Assembly: GCA_002633005.1 (NCBI GenBank)
Contig: NMRA01000172.1
Span: 207,866 to 271,865 of the forward strand
Source of the DNA: Phoronis australis
Lineage: Eukaryota > Animalia > Phoronida
DNA: 64,000 nucleotides
Reading direction: 5' to 3'
How positions within the stretch are numbered: position 1 is the first letter of the stretch; every line of letters begins with the position of its first letter. The notes below the pieces were generated by a model. That model was not told the origin of the DNA, ran no database searches, and was given only the letters and a program-made list of their open reading frames with translations. The translations under genes and the position numbers were made by a program. Shown piece by piece: positions 38,151 to 51,430 of the stretch.

Positions 38151-41017
38151 AGCTGCTTCCGTCACGGTCACTTTGCGCCGGACTGCAACCAAGGACTCCT
38201 TGCTACAATGCTCGTACTGAGTGTCATGCTCACCAGGAGTCTGTCTTACTTGATCATAAAAAGTTTCATTGCGGGCCCCCAGTTCTGTTAATATCCGGTC
38301 AAAGAGTCTACTGAAGGATTAATACGGGTGACTGCATGTCTATCCCTAATTTGCATTTGATGACCCGCTCATTAGTTTCGAGTGCGGACATCAGACCTCG
38401 GACATAGATCTGGCCACTGCTGTGAAATCTCAAATCGCTGTTTTCTAAACTGTCTTGTCGTTTTCGTTTTATGACACTTTGATTGTTTTCAAGAATTAGA
38501 AAATCATAAAATTATGATTTTGATAGCATCTTACACAAACTTTAAAGTGTTAAAAACAATTTCTATCAGCGAGTAGTCCGAAGGTGCACGAGTCCGAAGC
38601 AGCACTAGTCCGAAGGTGCACGAGTCCGAAGCAGCACTAGTCCGAAGGTGCACGAGTCCGAAGCAGCACTAGTCCGAAGGCGCACGAGTCCGAAAATAGA
38701 TAAGATTTTGGACTCGGATGTATTTTTCATATTTTTTGTGCTTTCAATAATACAAACACGTCGGTTTAGAGTACCGAAACGTGAAAGAATCGCATTATAA
38801 AGCAGCCAAAAATCCGAAATCCAGTGCAGTCAAGTGTAGCGCTACGCTTACTACAATATATCGTAGAATGCCCTCAAAAATTGCAGTTTTGAATGTTTTA
38901 TGGCCGAGTTCAACTGAGTGAGTAGACTTTCGGACTGGTGCACCTCGGACTAGTGCACCGTCAGACTAGTGCACCTTTGAACTGGTGTACCTTCGGACTA
39001 GTGAGCTGCTCCGGAAGTTTGGAAATTAGCTGAATTTGAAGATTTACCTATAGAGGGTCTAAAATTTAAGCGTAGTAACCTTCATCAGGCGCAGCAGTTA
39101 CACAAACCCGCACGGTGTCAGAAAAATTATAATTGTGTCGATTACGTGGCTCACATGACAATCACAGACGACGTAAACTCAGTAACGTCTATAAAGTATC
39201 CAGTGCTGAAGTCTGGCATTCCGTGGTCTTGTTCGTTATGACTACGACTCTGCTTTGCAAAATTAGGTGGTCTTTTCATTCAATAGCTCATTGGCTCATT
39301 TGACACTTATCCGTTTCGCCTTGTTTATTTTCTTTTAAGCTATGTAATTTGTTTGTCTATTTTCATTACGTTCCAAACTCCTAAAGTGTAAAAATCAAGA
39401 AATTTCCACTATCACGATCTAATCTGGAATGACACTCCATTAAACTTGTCAGGAAGCCTTTCGTGTTGATACAAAATACTGTGGTTAAGCTTGTCAGAGC
39501 TTACAGTCACACAAAGGAATCAACTAAATTTTGTGAAAGTCAACCGTTTTTCTTTATTCGAACTCTCGTTTGCAAACAGTATTTTTAAATGTCTGTTAGC
39601 GTCAGTCGCACTGTTTACAACATAATTGCTGGATTACGTTAGCGTATGAGATGAAAGAAGGCAGTAAGATAGCTGGATTCTGTAAACATTGGTTTGCCAC
39701 CAGGCCCGTAGCCAGCATTGTGTGGGGGTGTTTCGAATTTCTAAAACGGTGGACCTTTTGATTATATTTTGCAAACGCTGGCACTGTAGATTTTTCTGTA
39801 GCGCCCTTACGCAGCTAAGCTCGGCGGAAGGGAAATCCCTATACAGAACGATGACTCAGCTCCGTTTTCCTGAGATGACACGGAATTCGTAGGCTTATCC
39901 AACAAACGTAAAAAACGAGTTCCAAATTCCGATGTAATGTGGTCCAGAATGTTTTCTTTCTGGATTACTGAGCGTTACCCTCTGCCAAACTTTCGAACCA
40001 TGCGTGCTTAAATGAGTGATTAAACTCTATGATCGGAAGGAAATATTTAGTCGGACAATGACTTGACGAAATTTTAGTCAGGGTGTACATGTAATTCTGC
40101 GCCGTGTTGCTTGAGTTACTCAAAGTGTTGGAAATGGGATCAGCCCACTACTCCAAAAGTTCACTACTCTGAAGGTTCACACCTCCGAAAATATATAAAA
40201 TTTCGGACTCGGGTGTAATTTTTATACTTCCATATGCAAAATAGATGATATTTCTGTTATTGGACGGTGCACGCATACCGAAAACAGCGCCCGTGTACTA
40301 ATACATAACGTTTGGGTTTCTTGCGCAGGCAAAATTGGGCTACAAAGTATGTCTTGTGAAGTTTTCCGTACATATACCCACCCGATGAAACGCCCATGGG
40401 CGTTTACTCAAAAAATTATGCCAAATACACGCCCATGGGAGTTTATTTGGTGTTACAACTCAAGTGTCCAGACAGTGGGACGTGTATTTGGAAAATTTTC
40501 TCTTAAAAGCCCACTCAGCATCAACTTTTTGTCACAAATTTAGTTTTATGAAGCATTTATCATTCATAAAATTGAACAAAGCATCGGCGAACTATGCATT
40601 TATTAACAAAAAAAAAATAAATAAATGAAAACGCAGTTTTAAGTAAGACTGTCAAGTCGAGCAAAACTATGGCTTTCCGTTTACAAGCCCCCTTTTCCAA
40701 ATAAATGCCCGGGTATTTATTTAGTGTTGCCAAAACGTCTGAAAATCTTCATTTTCCGAATACACGCCCATGGGCTTATCTACGGAAATTCCCGGCTCGA
40801 AAAAAATAATACGAAATAGCATATTTAAAATAATATGAAGTAGGAATATTGATGAATTATCAACCACGATGCATTTACAGATCCATGTCAAGATCCCATC
40901 TCATGTGCGGTGCACTGAGGACTGGAATAAGTGGGGGCTATAGGCCCCAGCCCCCTATGGTGCGTTGTCCATAAACCATGGGTGGCGCAGCACTGAAATA
41001 AGTGGGGTGCAGTTCTG

Positions 41018-43928
41018 AGGTCAATGAATTGGAAATTTTAATTTTATTAGTGGCCATCTTGGAATTTCAAAAATGGCGCTCGTAAAATACATTTTGCTCA
41101 GTATCTCTGCTCTTTGGTTACTTAGGATGTTAGTTTTAATGGCTGCACTCACATTTTGTGGGGCAAGGAATTGAAAAACACTATTTCAAAAATGACACAT
41201 ATAACCTAAATGTTTTTTAATAGCAACTACAAACCCCCAGAATATTTAAAGGAATCACAGAAACGCAGATTAATCTTTATTTCCAGTATATATCTATATC
41301 TTTTTGAAAAGAGGTTTGAGACATATCTTTTGAAGATTTCGACATTATTTCCACTGTTCACTTTGGAATTCAGTTGAGGAGGCTGTTTGTTGACGAAGCA
41401 CATCCAACTGTCATTTCATGAGACGTGTCTATACCAGAGGGTTGTGCAGCTCCTAAATACCAGACCTGAACGTAAGCAAACAGGGAACCCAAGACTTGGA
41501 GTCTTGCATGCTGTGATGGCATCTCTGAGAGCTCTTCGGACGTCCATAGAGAATTATGGCACAGATGATGCCTGGATAGAAGCCGACGTCTTTGACAAAG
41601 CAACAGCTAGGGAGATTATACTCAGCCATGGCAATCCAGGCACAGAGCAGGGTGACCAGCTGTATGACACGACCACACCTGCCTATATTCCATAATAGCA
41701 TGGCCCGAAGATCTCGTATGCTGTTGACACGGTCAGGCTCTGTACGAAGATTATGTCGCTAAGAGATCCAGTGAAGATAAGAGCTTTTGCTCATCAGTCA
41801 AAAAGCTAAGCAATGAGATATCCATGTCAGGACACAAGAAGGCAGCCATAAAATTCGGTGACGTCTCCCTGAATCTCAAGGAGACGATGGACGTGTATGA
41901 CAGGCTGCTGGTACTTGTCAAGTCAAATAGGCAAATGGAACAGGAAAATGCAATCAGCCACTGTTATTTCCCCAAAACACCAAGAGCAATCTTTGCTGCC
42001 AGTGGGGCAATGCTAGCTGCTATGCACAGACAAGTCGAGTCGAATCCACCTTCTGCAGAAACTTTCCGAAGCAGACGTCTTAGAACAGGACAGTCCTCAA
42101 GCTGCAAGAGAGGTTTTAGATCCTGAAAACATGTAAACAACATCCACTGAGTGTGTTCACTCGAGCCACAAAACTGCACGTGTGGATAGTATGGGAGTAA
42201 CGTTCTTAACTAGAGATTATGACGATATCATTCTGGTTTTTGACAGCTACAAAGACAACTCTTTGAAACAAGTCACAGGCGAAAAAAGGAGGCAGAGAAA
42301 GGGTCAAGTACGGTACCAGATAAAAGATGAGACTTAGATACAGAACATCCCAATGAGCCGTTTCCTCTCCCATGACCAAAAAAGGCTTAACTTACTGAAT
42401 ATCTGTATGCAAAGAATCTGCCAAGATAGCCATTACTTCAGCTTCAGGATGCACAAAGAGCAACCGACGTGATCTACGCTTAGAAGAAAACAATCACGAA
42501 AAAGCAGATATATTTCTAACACATCACGGAGTTCTGGCATCATATCAAAACTTCCCCGATTCTCAGCCGATGTTTTTTCACCCGACACAGATTTACTGGT
42601 ACTCGTCATTGCCTATTATGACAGGCTTCTCAGAAATACTTCGGTCCCCAAGGCATCTTGGATTGTGGACGTGAATCCAATATGGACAACATTAGGTGCT
42701 GTGCGGGCAAAGGGTCTTCCGGCTTTCCATGCTTTTACGTGGATAGACAACTACACTGGTCCATTCTGTAGGTTGAATAAATATTTGAAGGTAAACACTT
42801 ACGATAGCAATGCACTGAAGACTCTTTGTGCTGCTCATGAAGTAACAGGTGTACCTCTTTTCACATTAGCCTCCTTTTACATGTGCATACGCACAACGGT
42901 ATAGACACAATAGCGTAGAGATGGTACCTCTTCTGTTAACATATGGCTCACAGCGATAAACCTCCATCAACCATTGGTGCTTTGAAACAGCATGTACTGA
43001 GAGTGTTTATTCAAGCCAGAGTGTGGGGGCAGGCAGTCATTGCTCGACAGGAGTTCCTTGACCCATTGCAGAATGAATTTACAAGGACAAAAATGACCAG
43101 TCAAAACCCTCATAACCGAGGAGCTTCCGGCGCCAGAGGTTATCAGTGAGATGGTTAGATGTCAGTGCAAAGATGCTCTTGCCGATCAAAGGACGTACCT
43201 TACACAGATCAGTGTCAATGTAATGAAGAATGTCAGAATGGTAATGATGTTGTGATTCCTGGTGACAGTGATGGCGATATTAATGATCTATAGACTGATT
43301 TCAAAGTTCTAACTGAGTATATGGACACTACAAAAACGTTCTTTCATGTTCTGAAAACGTAATTAAGTTGTTTAGATACTGGTTTAGTTTAAGTGTCTTG
43401 AAGGAAACAAGCTCCGATTGAACAAAATATACAAGAAAGTAAGATAGTGGTCATATGTTTTGGATTACATGAAGAATGTATATAGAAAATGTGGCTGTTA
43501 ATAAATGGGGTTTGGATAATGTTTCACATGTAAATAAGTTGCATTTTCAGATTTCTTGACCACAAAAATGTGGGTGCAGCCATTAAAACTAACATTCTAA
43601 GTGACCCATGAGCAAAGATACTAGTACTGAGGAAAATGTATATTACGGGCGCCATTTTTAAAAATCCGTGACGGTCGCCAAGATGGCCGCCAATAAAATT
43701 AAAATTTCCAATTACTTGACCTGAAAAATGCAGGTGTAGCTATAAAAACCAACATTCTAAGTGACCCAAAAGCGGAGGTATTGGGCAAATAGTTTGAAAA
43801 TCCAAGATGGCTGCCAATATGGCTGCCAAAAATGGAATAATTTTTTTCTGATTTGTCATTCCATGAAGTTTCCAAAAATGTATACTTTCCCCCAAAACTC
43901 CAACAAAATTACACAACAAACCTGACTA
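41018..43928 (+). mobile_element. Decayed Academ-type (XPG nuclease-encoding) DNA transposon
   Basis: Frameshifted fragments GVLHAVMASLRA (41387), NHEKADIF (~42490), SPDTDLLVL (~42578), GLPAFHAFTWID (~42715), PPSTIGALKQHVLRVFIQARVW (42943) and a Cys-rich end (~43160-43240) follow the XPG/PIN EAD-DTD-GCD layout. Inverted repeat ~41018-41200 vs ~43520-43722; right terminus ...AACCTGACTA (TAGTCAGG on minus); outer left end missing. Confidence 0.7.
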
Positions 43929-44928
43929 TATAGCGGCAGTGATTCTTTGTTACAGAATTGTGTTAGTGAAACTTGTCAGAAGGGGTGTGGTTAGGTAATC
44001 ATGAATCAGTGCTACATTGTGTGGTGAAAAAGTAAAAAAATAGTTTTACGCATATCTCACATTTACTTTTTTCTAACCTTTAAGTGTCATGTAATACTTC
44101 CTAGTCTTGTGAATAAAGACACCATTAAGACAGTTATTTTATTAAATGTTGAAATCTCAACAAAATCATGATTGTGTCATTTTTCTGTTGACGTACAGTG
44201 GCGCCACTTTGCCTGTTGTACTGACAAACTTCCTTAAATTTTCAACCACAAGTTCGTAAATCAATAATTTTTTTATAGACCCATAGAAGATGTGCTAAAT
44301 TTACTAACGAATTCAAACAGAAGGAAAATGCTATAGACTCCTAACACTTGTAGGCTGCACTAAGAAATCTGATCCACTCACCGAGCTTCGGAGCTGGACT
44401 TACAGTGCTTGGTATGGCTTGGCAAATGTGTCCTAAGATAGAAAAATGACATTCAAGGGGAGGGTCCCCTGTATTTTAAATTATATACATTTTTTCGACG
44501 CCTGTTATTCCAGCGTATTGTTTCATTGCGTTTTGTTCAGCGATTCTGGTTTACATATTACATGGGGCTTCTCCAATTATGTCTGGGCATCCTTACTTTT
44601 GAAAGTACAGAGTCGCAGTTTTTAAATATAGATGCAGGAGCTTACATGTGCCATGGACATTGCTGTTCAAATCATCCTGAAAAAAGAATCACTTACATGT
44701 ATAACCTAAATCCAGTATATTCAGCTATCATTTAATATCCTGTTTTATCCCATGCGCGTGGGATATTACTTCATGTACGCTACTCTCGGTAAGTTTTGTG
44801 TATATCATCATTGTCGAAAATGGTGAGGTAATTTTTATATGAATAATTAGAATTTATAATCGGATAAATTGCATGCACAAACATGCATGGATGAAAGGCC
44901 GTGCTTGGGTCAAGTAGTAGGTAGGCAA

Positions 44929-47900
44929 TTACAGTTTCGATTGATTGAGGGCTTCTCCAACTAGCTTGGCCGCTTCACAAGCCGTACCCCAGCTCAGAGC
45001 AATCCCGTTTGCACCATGGCCATAATTATGCACCATCTGGAAAAGTAATTTTCAATCACATTTAACATTTTACGTTATTTTTTTAAGTTATCAACCAATT
45101 GCTACTATTGTACAGCACAGCTTTGAAAACGCCACAGATAAATGGACTCCAGAAAAATTCCTGTCTAAAAACTACATTTTAGACGAAAAAGAAGTCAACA
45201 AGCAAATATTCTAGAAATAATATTCTAGAATTGAGCTATTTAATATTTTTATCAAGAAAATAAATTGCTCACCTCCAGCTTTTTATTACCAAACCTGACA
45301 GTTTCTCGCTCCAGCCTAACAGCTGGTCTGACAGGACGTAGACCAACCCACTCGAGTTCAGTCGAAGCATACTGTAAAATAGGTGTGTCTGGTGAGTTGG
45401 TGAGGCATGTGGGTGCAGAAAACTTCCATTAACAACATGATACCTGCAGCACTAAACGAGAAGAAACGAGTGACGAGATGAGCCCTATATCAGGTATAAA
45501 AAGGAATGAGTTCTATAGCAAGATGATGTGAGTGAAAGTATTCATTACAATCAGTGGCAGATCTACGTTTTCAGTAAGGGGGGGGGGAGGGTTAGGACTC
45601 GCATGAATCCGAGGCGCGTAGACTTGAGCGGGGGGAGGTCGGGAGGGTATGATTTGTTTTGTTTTGTTTTTTGTAGCTGATTTCGTTTTCCTGGCGACGT
45701 TTTTTTTGATTTCCATTTTTCATGTTGTCTAAGACCCATGAACCTCCCCCGTAGATACGCCTCTGTTAAAATGGATACCACCGCAAGAATCTTATGTGGT
45801 CTATTTAGACATACACTTCCTCCAATGTTTGTCCTGTGTTCTCGCTATGACGCAATATCTCGCGGAAAGACCTCTTCATGGTTCATTTGACATGCCTTCG
45901 TTTTTAAAAAATTTAAATCGTGTTTTCTTCCCAGAGGGACAGATCCGAGGCAAAAACAAAGGAGGGCCACCAATCCAATCACTTTCCAACCAAAAAGCCA
46001 AGGTTTATTATTTGCCTAGTGACAAAAAGTCGAGTTGAATTCAAATATCGTCGTTGTGTGACGACAAGTATGCAGAAAACCTTGCAGTTTGGTAAATAAT
46101 TAAATATTTGGCAGAAAGCCCCCCTTTACAAGTGGCACCACCTCCTCCGACATAATTGTCTACTAAGGTGCTGGCGTTGCTCACCTGCAGCGAGGGCACT
46201 AATTTACCAACTTCCCTTAGAATTCTTTCTCTGTCAAGCGGGTCAACCTGTGTGTTGTAATCATCAAGCTGCGTTGTCCCTCCAACGACAACGTTGTCAC
46301 GACTGAAAAAGATGCGAGATGGCCAGGACTGAGATGTGAAAAGGTCAGGGACTATCAATTCCATCGCGCTACCTCGATGGTCTTAGAACGATCCCTTCTT
46401 TTGACAGCAGTGTACCTCTGGGGAAATTAAAACAGATAAATCATCACAGATTTTTCACTTTCAAACTGTAGGGTTAGTAATGGAGCGCGAACGTAAGATC
46501 AAAGTGCTGCCTGATATTTATCACTTTGCACCCTACAGCACCATAAAAACTCATAAAAGCGCATAGGAATCCATTAGTTCGAGGGTAATTCTGAGTCTAA
46601 ATCAATGTATCATGCTTTTTAAAATTAAATTCCATTACCTTCTTCAGTTTTCAGGTTGATAAAGGTAATTTCAACCTAGGCGAGAACCAGGTGAAAAATA
46701 TTTAAATCTGGGTGAAAAACACTTACCCAGAAAACAAATAATATCCTCTGGACCGGTCATATAGGAAGTGTTTGATCCACGGGGCTTTCATCTTCAAAAA
46801 TCAATACTAAACATGTCAGTCAAGTCGACATGCTTCAATAAAGACTACACGCAATAAAGGCTTCTGTAGTTGCGCTACCTCTGTTATGTACGATCATCTC
46901 GAAATTCAAAGAGTTACTTAAAAATGTAAACCAAGTTCCGAAGTACTAAAAATCATAAAGATATTCTTCGTTCTACGAGAAGCGGATGGTAAAGAATACG
47001 TCAGGGGGCCGCTCTCCATCACCAACATATCATATACCAAGTTTCGACAAAACATGCAATTTAAGATGTATTTCACATGCCTCCCACCCTTAGTCTCCCC
47101 TGATTTTTTCACGGTGTTGAGCAACCGTACACTTAAACATGCAATTTATATATCAAGAGTCATTTGGAAAGCAAACTTATCTGGAACAATAGTAAAATTT
47201 CAGTCAAATATATCATCTGACTAAATGAGCGAATGCTGCTGAACCGTTTACGACAAAAGAGACCTACCCTCAAGACTTGCCCCCTCATGGGTCGCAGTTT
47301 TTGGTCATTCAACAATTGTTGGTTGCCGAGTCCAGCGCAGTTGACGACAAGGTCATATGTACTGGCCAACTGAGGGATAAGAAAACCAGAACCATGAATG
47401 GGTAAAATTAAAAAACGTCATGAAGTATTGCCTCACTTTCAACAGCCAACCACTAGAAACCTAAGTGGCATACCATCAGTATCAAGTTGAATGTCAAAAA
47501 TTAATCATTGTTACAAACTCTACTCATTCTGTATAAATAAAAATTACTTCACTGAAATCTTGTATTCTCCTCCGGATGACAAGTCCTCCCAACATTTTCA
47601 CTCTGAAACAACGTTTAAAACGCACATAAGGCTGGCAACCTTTCACTTTCAACATTGAAAAATCCACTTATCACCTTGGTATTCAAACTGACAATAAATG
47701 GTTTACACCAAGATATTTTATCTGACTGATCAATTCAAATCAAGAGTACACATCAAAAATTCAGCATCCGTTGATGATAATAATCAGGAAATGGGCCCTA
47801 ACAAGTCATGCGCGCACCCAGCCTTCAAAATGGGGGAGCTCGAATTCGTGACGTTATGGACGTTTTGCTAACAAAAGAGTGGGCTGACAAAGAAAAAACG

Positions 47901-50900
47901 GGAGCACCACTGTGAATTGCGCATTTGCGCTTATTTACTGGTCTTTTGTCCCATTTCTTCGGACATTTTGTCTCTCAAGGGCGGACCTTTTTGCCCACTT
48001 CGCCAAATGGGGAGCTCATTCGAGCCCCCCCGAACCCCCCTGGGTGAGCGTGCAAGTTAACTAAATTCTCAGCTGGATTTCCGAAAACTAGAAAAAACGC
48101 GTGGTAACTCACTGCAGGGTTTGTACGATCTGAGTACGAACCACGCTAAAGACGGTGTTACACTAAATCAGGGCATGTTTTTGTTACCAAAATTGCAAAA
48201 TTCCGCGTTTCCGCCATCTCCGCTTCATTAAGATGTTTCATGTGCCCTCACATGAACGACAAATTGACCATTGGTATTGTGCGAACAAATTTGGATGTTC
48301 CCTGGAATAAGCTTTCAGTACTGCTTACATGGCCGTTGCTTTAATTTAGGTGTTATTTGTCGTCTTCCTTCTGCCCGTCTTCCTGCGAAATTATTCGTCG
48401 TGAATTTTGAGTGTATTACACGTATTGTAATTCGTTTAGACTTAGTGCGTCCTACATAAGAACGAAATTGATATGACCGGTACGGTGGTTTAGTTTACCG
48501 TGAAATTGATATGACCGGTACAGTGGTTTAGGTGTACCGTGAACCGAGATTCATAGAACTGTATAGAACTGCCATGCCTAGAGTAGCAAGCAGTAAGCCT
48601 ACCATTTGGTATAGTGACGAAATGAAGACGTTCGACGTTGATTTACATGTAAGGTGTGGTCATATTATAACGAGTTCACCCAACGAACTTCAATGAATTG
48701 GAAAATACTTCACACGGCGCCACCGCGCCCCGACGGAAGAATTGAAATGGATACAAGAAACTAACGAACAGTATCGAAAACAACAGTCAAACGAACTTCT
48801 ATGTCTTCCATCCATCCTCAAAAGTTCCGCGTATGCTCACGTACTCGGAGCTAATTCGTTACAATGTGATGGCGAATTTTTAGCGCATCATAAGCCAGGG
48901 TAGAGTTCAGTAACGTTAGGATCTACGTTAGGACCTCGCTGAATGAATCTAGCCCAAATCACGTGCTCTTATTTGAAATAAACGGCAATATCTCACATAC
49001 TCTCGCGAAGTCTTGCCTTTTAGTGAGGTCCTAGCGTTATTGAACTCTAACCCGGTCACGCATTGTCTCCGACTCATTGGATCACTTACTGTTTCTTCAG
49101 CCAAGGTAAGTAATATTTGCATTCAACCATCACAGTCGTGTAGAAGAATCCACTCCTGTAATAGTAAATGTATAGCAACCTAACACTTGAGACAACTTTT
49201 GCCTATGAAAAACTTGCAGTTGTACGCATGCAGTGGAAAGTATTCTACGACAATAACTCACTATTTGTGTATTAAAACTGCATTGAACCAGTGTTTCTGT
49301 CAAACAATCATTTTTGGCCACTTTGTTATGAAATTGATCTTATCTTGTTCCTTACTCGAAGTGATATATGGGCTCCAGTATTGACAGTGCACTATTTATT
49401 CAGAAAAAAAAATACAGAAAATGTCATTTCTTTCCATTACCAGATTGCATTTTGTTGTGTTTTTAAGTCTTGGCATTGAAATATCAGCAAAAACATACAA
49501 CGAAAAAATTACACATTTATGTTTCTCTTCAAAAAACCAATTAACTTTTCGTTACCTGCTGATGAACATTTCCATACTCCTCTGGATTAATGCCTGGGCT
49601 GGGCTAACCGCCCAACCCCCAGATTTTTACTTTTAACCATTCATGATTTCCACCTTTTGACAATGGAACAATTCGAGACCAATTTCACAAAAGTAAATGG
49701 CCAGACCAAACAATTTGGTCGAAGAACAAGAGTTCAATGTGAACGACACCTTGTGCTATTTTTTCCACTGAGATCGCGTTAAGTGTGCTCCTAAGTATTA
49801 TAATTCTCTCGACTGCAATAAGAGAAGATGAGCCAGAGAGCCATCAACATAATCTCACTTCATTTACGAAACTTACTTGTAATCACTTGAATACTTAGCA
49901 AGCTCTTCCGGACCCAGCTTTCGAAAATTGCGAACGTATGGCGTACGTTCGATGTCCTCCTGCAAATACATCTCAACGTAAGGTATTGCAAAACTATTAT
50001 AATCTAGGAAAATACAAATTACTGTATGTGTTAAAGGTAATTCATATTAAAGTCAATTTATAAAATTTGGTGATCTTAAAAGGTCAATGGATGCCTTCGT
50101 TACCAACGGTAGTTGGAAAAGGATCACAGTTCTTCAAAACTCCTCAAAAGATGAAACATCAACCTATAAAACCACAGATTACGATTTACAAGTTTTTAGT
50201 GATCGGTAAAACACATTATCAGCACATAAAATAAAATCCTGAACAGTTGTAATCGGCGGTGGCCTTATGAGCGACACTTAGAGAAGAATGTCGTAATTTC
50301 TACAGGCAAAAATAGTCCTTCCAGAACATACACAACTTCTAGTTAAAGCAGGCATAAACCTGCGTTCCATCAAAGAAACAAAATTTTGATTTAGACCACT
50401 TATCGCCATAAAATTGGTTTCATCTTGTTTCTTAGATGAGAATTAATTTTTGGTTTTCAAAGAACTGCCATTTCCCTGAGGTTATTCTCGGCGGATAACG
50501 CCAAGACAGGTCAATTTGTGGAGCTTGGTTTCAGGCAACTGTCGGTTCTTTCCAAGCCTAGTAAAATTTTGATACCAACTTCACGGTAAGCGATCTAAAT
50601 GAAATGCTTGATGGAAGGCGGGGTTATAACCGCTGTAACGTTTTACCGGTTCATCGCTGGTTAAGAAGTCGTAGCCAGATGTAAGAATTATCCCTGATGC
50701 AAAGCTTTCTGGTCCATCAGCTATTGGCAGATATCGTCTGAACGAATCATTAATCCATTGTCTAAAACACAGTAATTTGCTTTCTTTAGAGACCATTATA
50801 ACCTGGATTGTACATTACGGCTATGTATCGACGTGGTTCAGTTGCAGTGAAAACGTACAACTATGGCTTGATTTGTGCAGCCCTCCCGGAAGTTGCCCGT

Positions 50901-51430
50901 ACTACATTGTTTCTTTCAGTCTTCACAAAGGATGTAAATAGCATCCAATTACTTTTGAGAAAAAACTTTATAAGCAATTATAAACAAATTGTTGGTCAAA
51001 TTGCATTAAATACCTCACTTACATAATTGTGAAAGTACCTCTGCACATTCAAACATCCAACTTCCAGACAAAACACTTTGACTACCCGAGACAATATGTC
51101 GAACATTTTCGCCGCACCCGGCACTCCCCTCCAACTCCCGTCGCTACTTCCCAGACTAAAACGGGGTGGAGGTGATCTTATTCCATGTCCACACTACCAG
51201 GAGATGTGTCAACAGGTTTACCTGACTCTCTCGGTTTTATTCTGGCTCATGGCAGTTTTTCCTAATTCTACGAAGGGCGCTACAATTCCAGCAGCACCCC
51301 AGCTTGTAGTCTCATTTTCGAACTTGTCAGCAATGACAGTAACTTCTACTGAAGGGAAGGATTGTAGTATTCGGAGGGCAGAAGACAAACCGGGCGCGCC
51401 TGCCCCAACTACTGCGATCTTGACGGGCAT
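44929..51430 (-). CDS. DAO: D-amino-acid oxidase / D-aspartate oxidase family flavoprotein, copy 2 (10 coding exons, 339 aa, peroxisomal)
   Basis: Minus-strand exons 51430-51222, 50761-50647, 49959-49877, 49155-49090, 47602-47548, 47369-47268, 46791-46727, 46302-46185, 45371-45273, 45036-44929; no stops or frameshifts (1020 nt); same motifs as copy 1; ends QSKL*. Confidence 0.93.
47807..48052. mobile_element. MITE specific to DAO copy 2; family member at ~480-773
   Basis: TIR CATGCGCGCACCCAG / CTGGGTGAGCGTG, CAAGT on both sides; empty site in copy 1 (~27722); shares AAGTGGGCAAAAAGGTCCGCC (inverted) with 480-773. Confidence 0.75.

Larger units (their letters stand above)
33760..39294. repeat. 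~2.7-2.8 kb near-identical tandem duplication (33760-36487 / 36489-39294) joined at a single N
   Basis: Both copies start TAGATGGAACAGCG and end CAATAGCTCATTGG; N at 36488. Confidence 0.9.
23958..39380. repeat. Segmental duplication unit 1 (PEPCK 3' UTR end + DAO gene + upstream LINE region)
   Basis: Colinear direct homology to ~43939-59740 across exons, introns, a shared MITE and LINE B. Confidence 0.9.
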
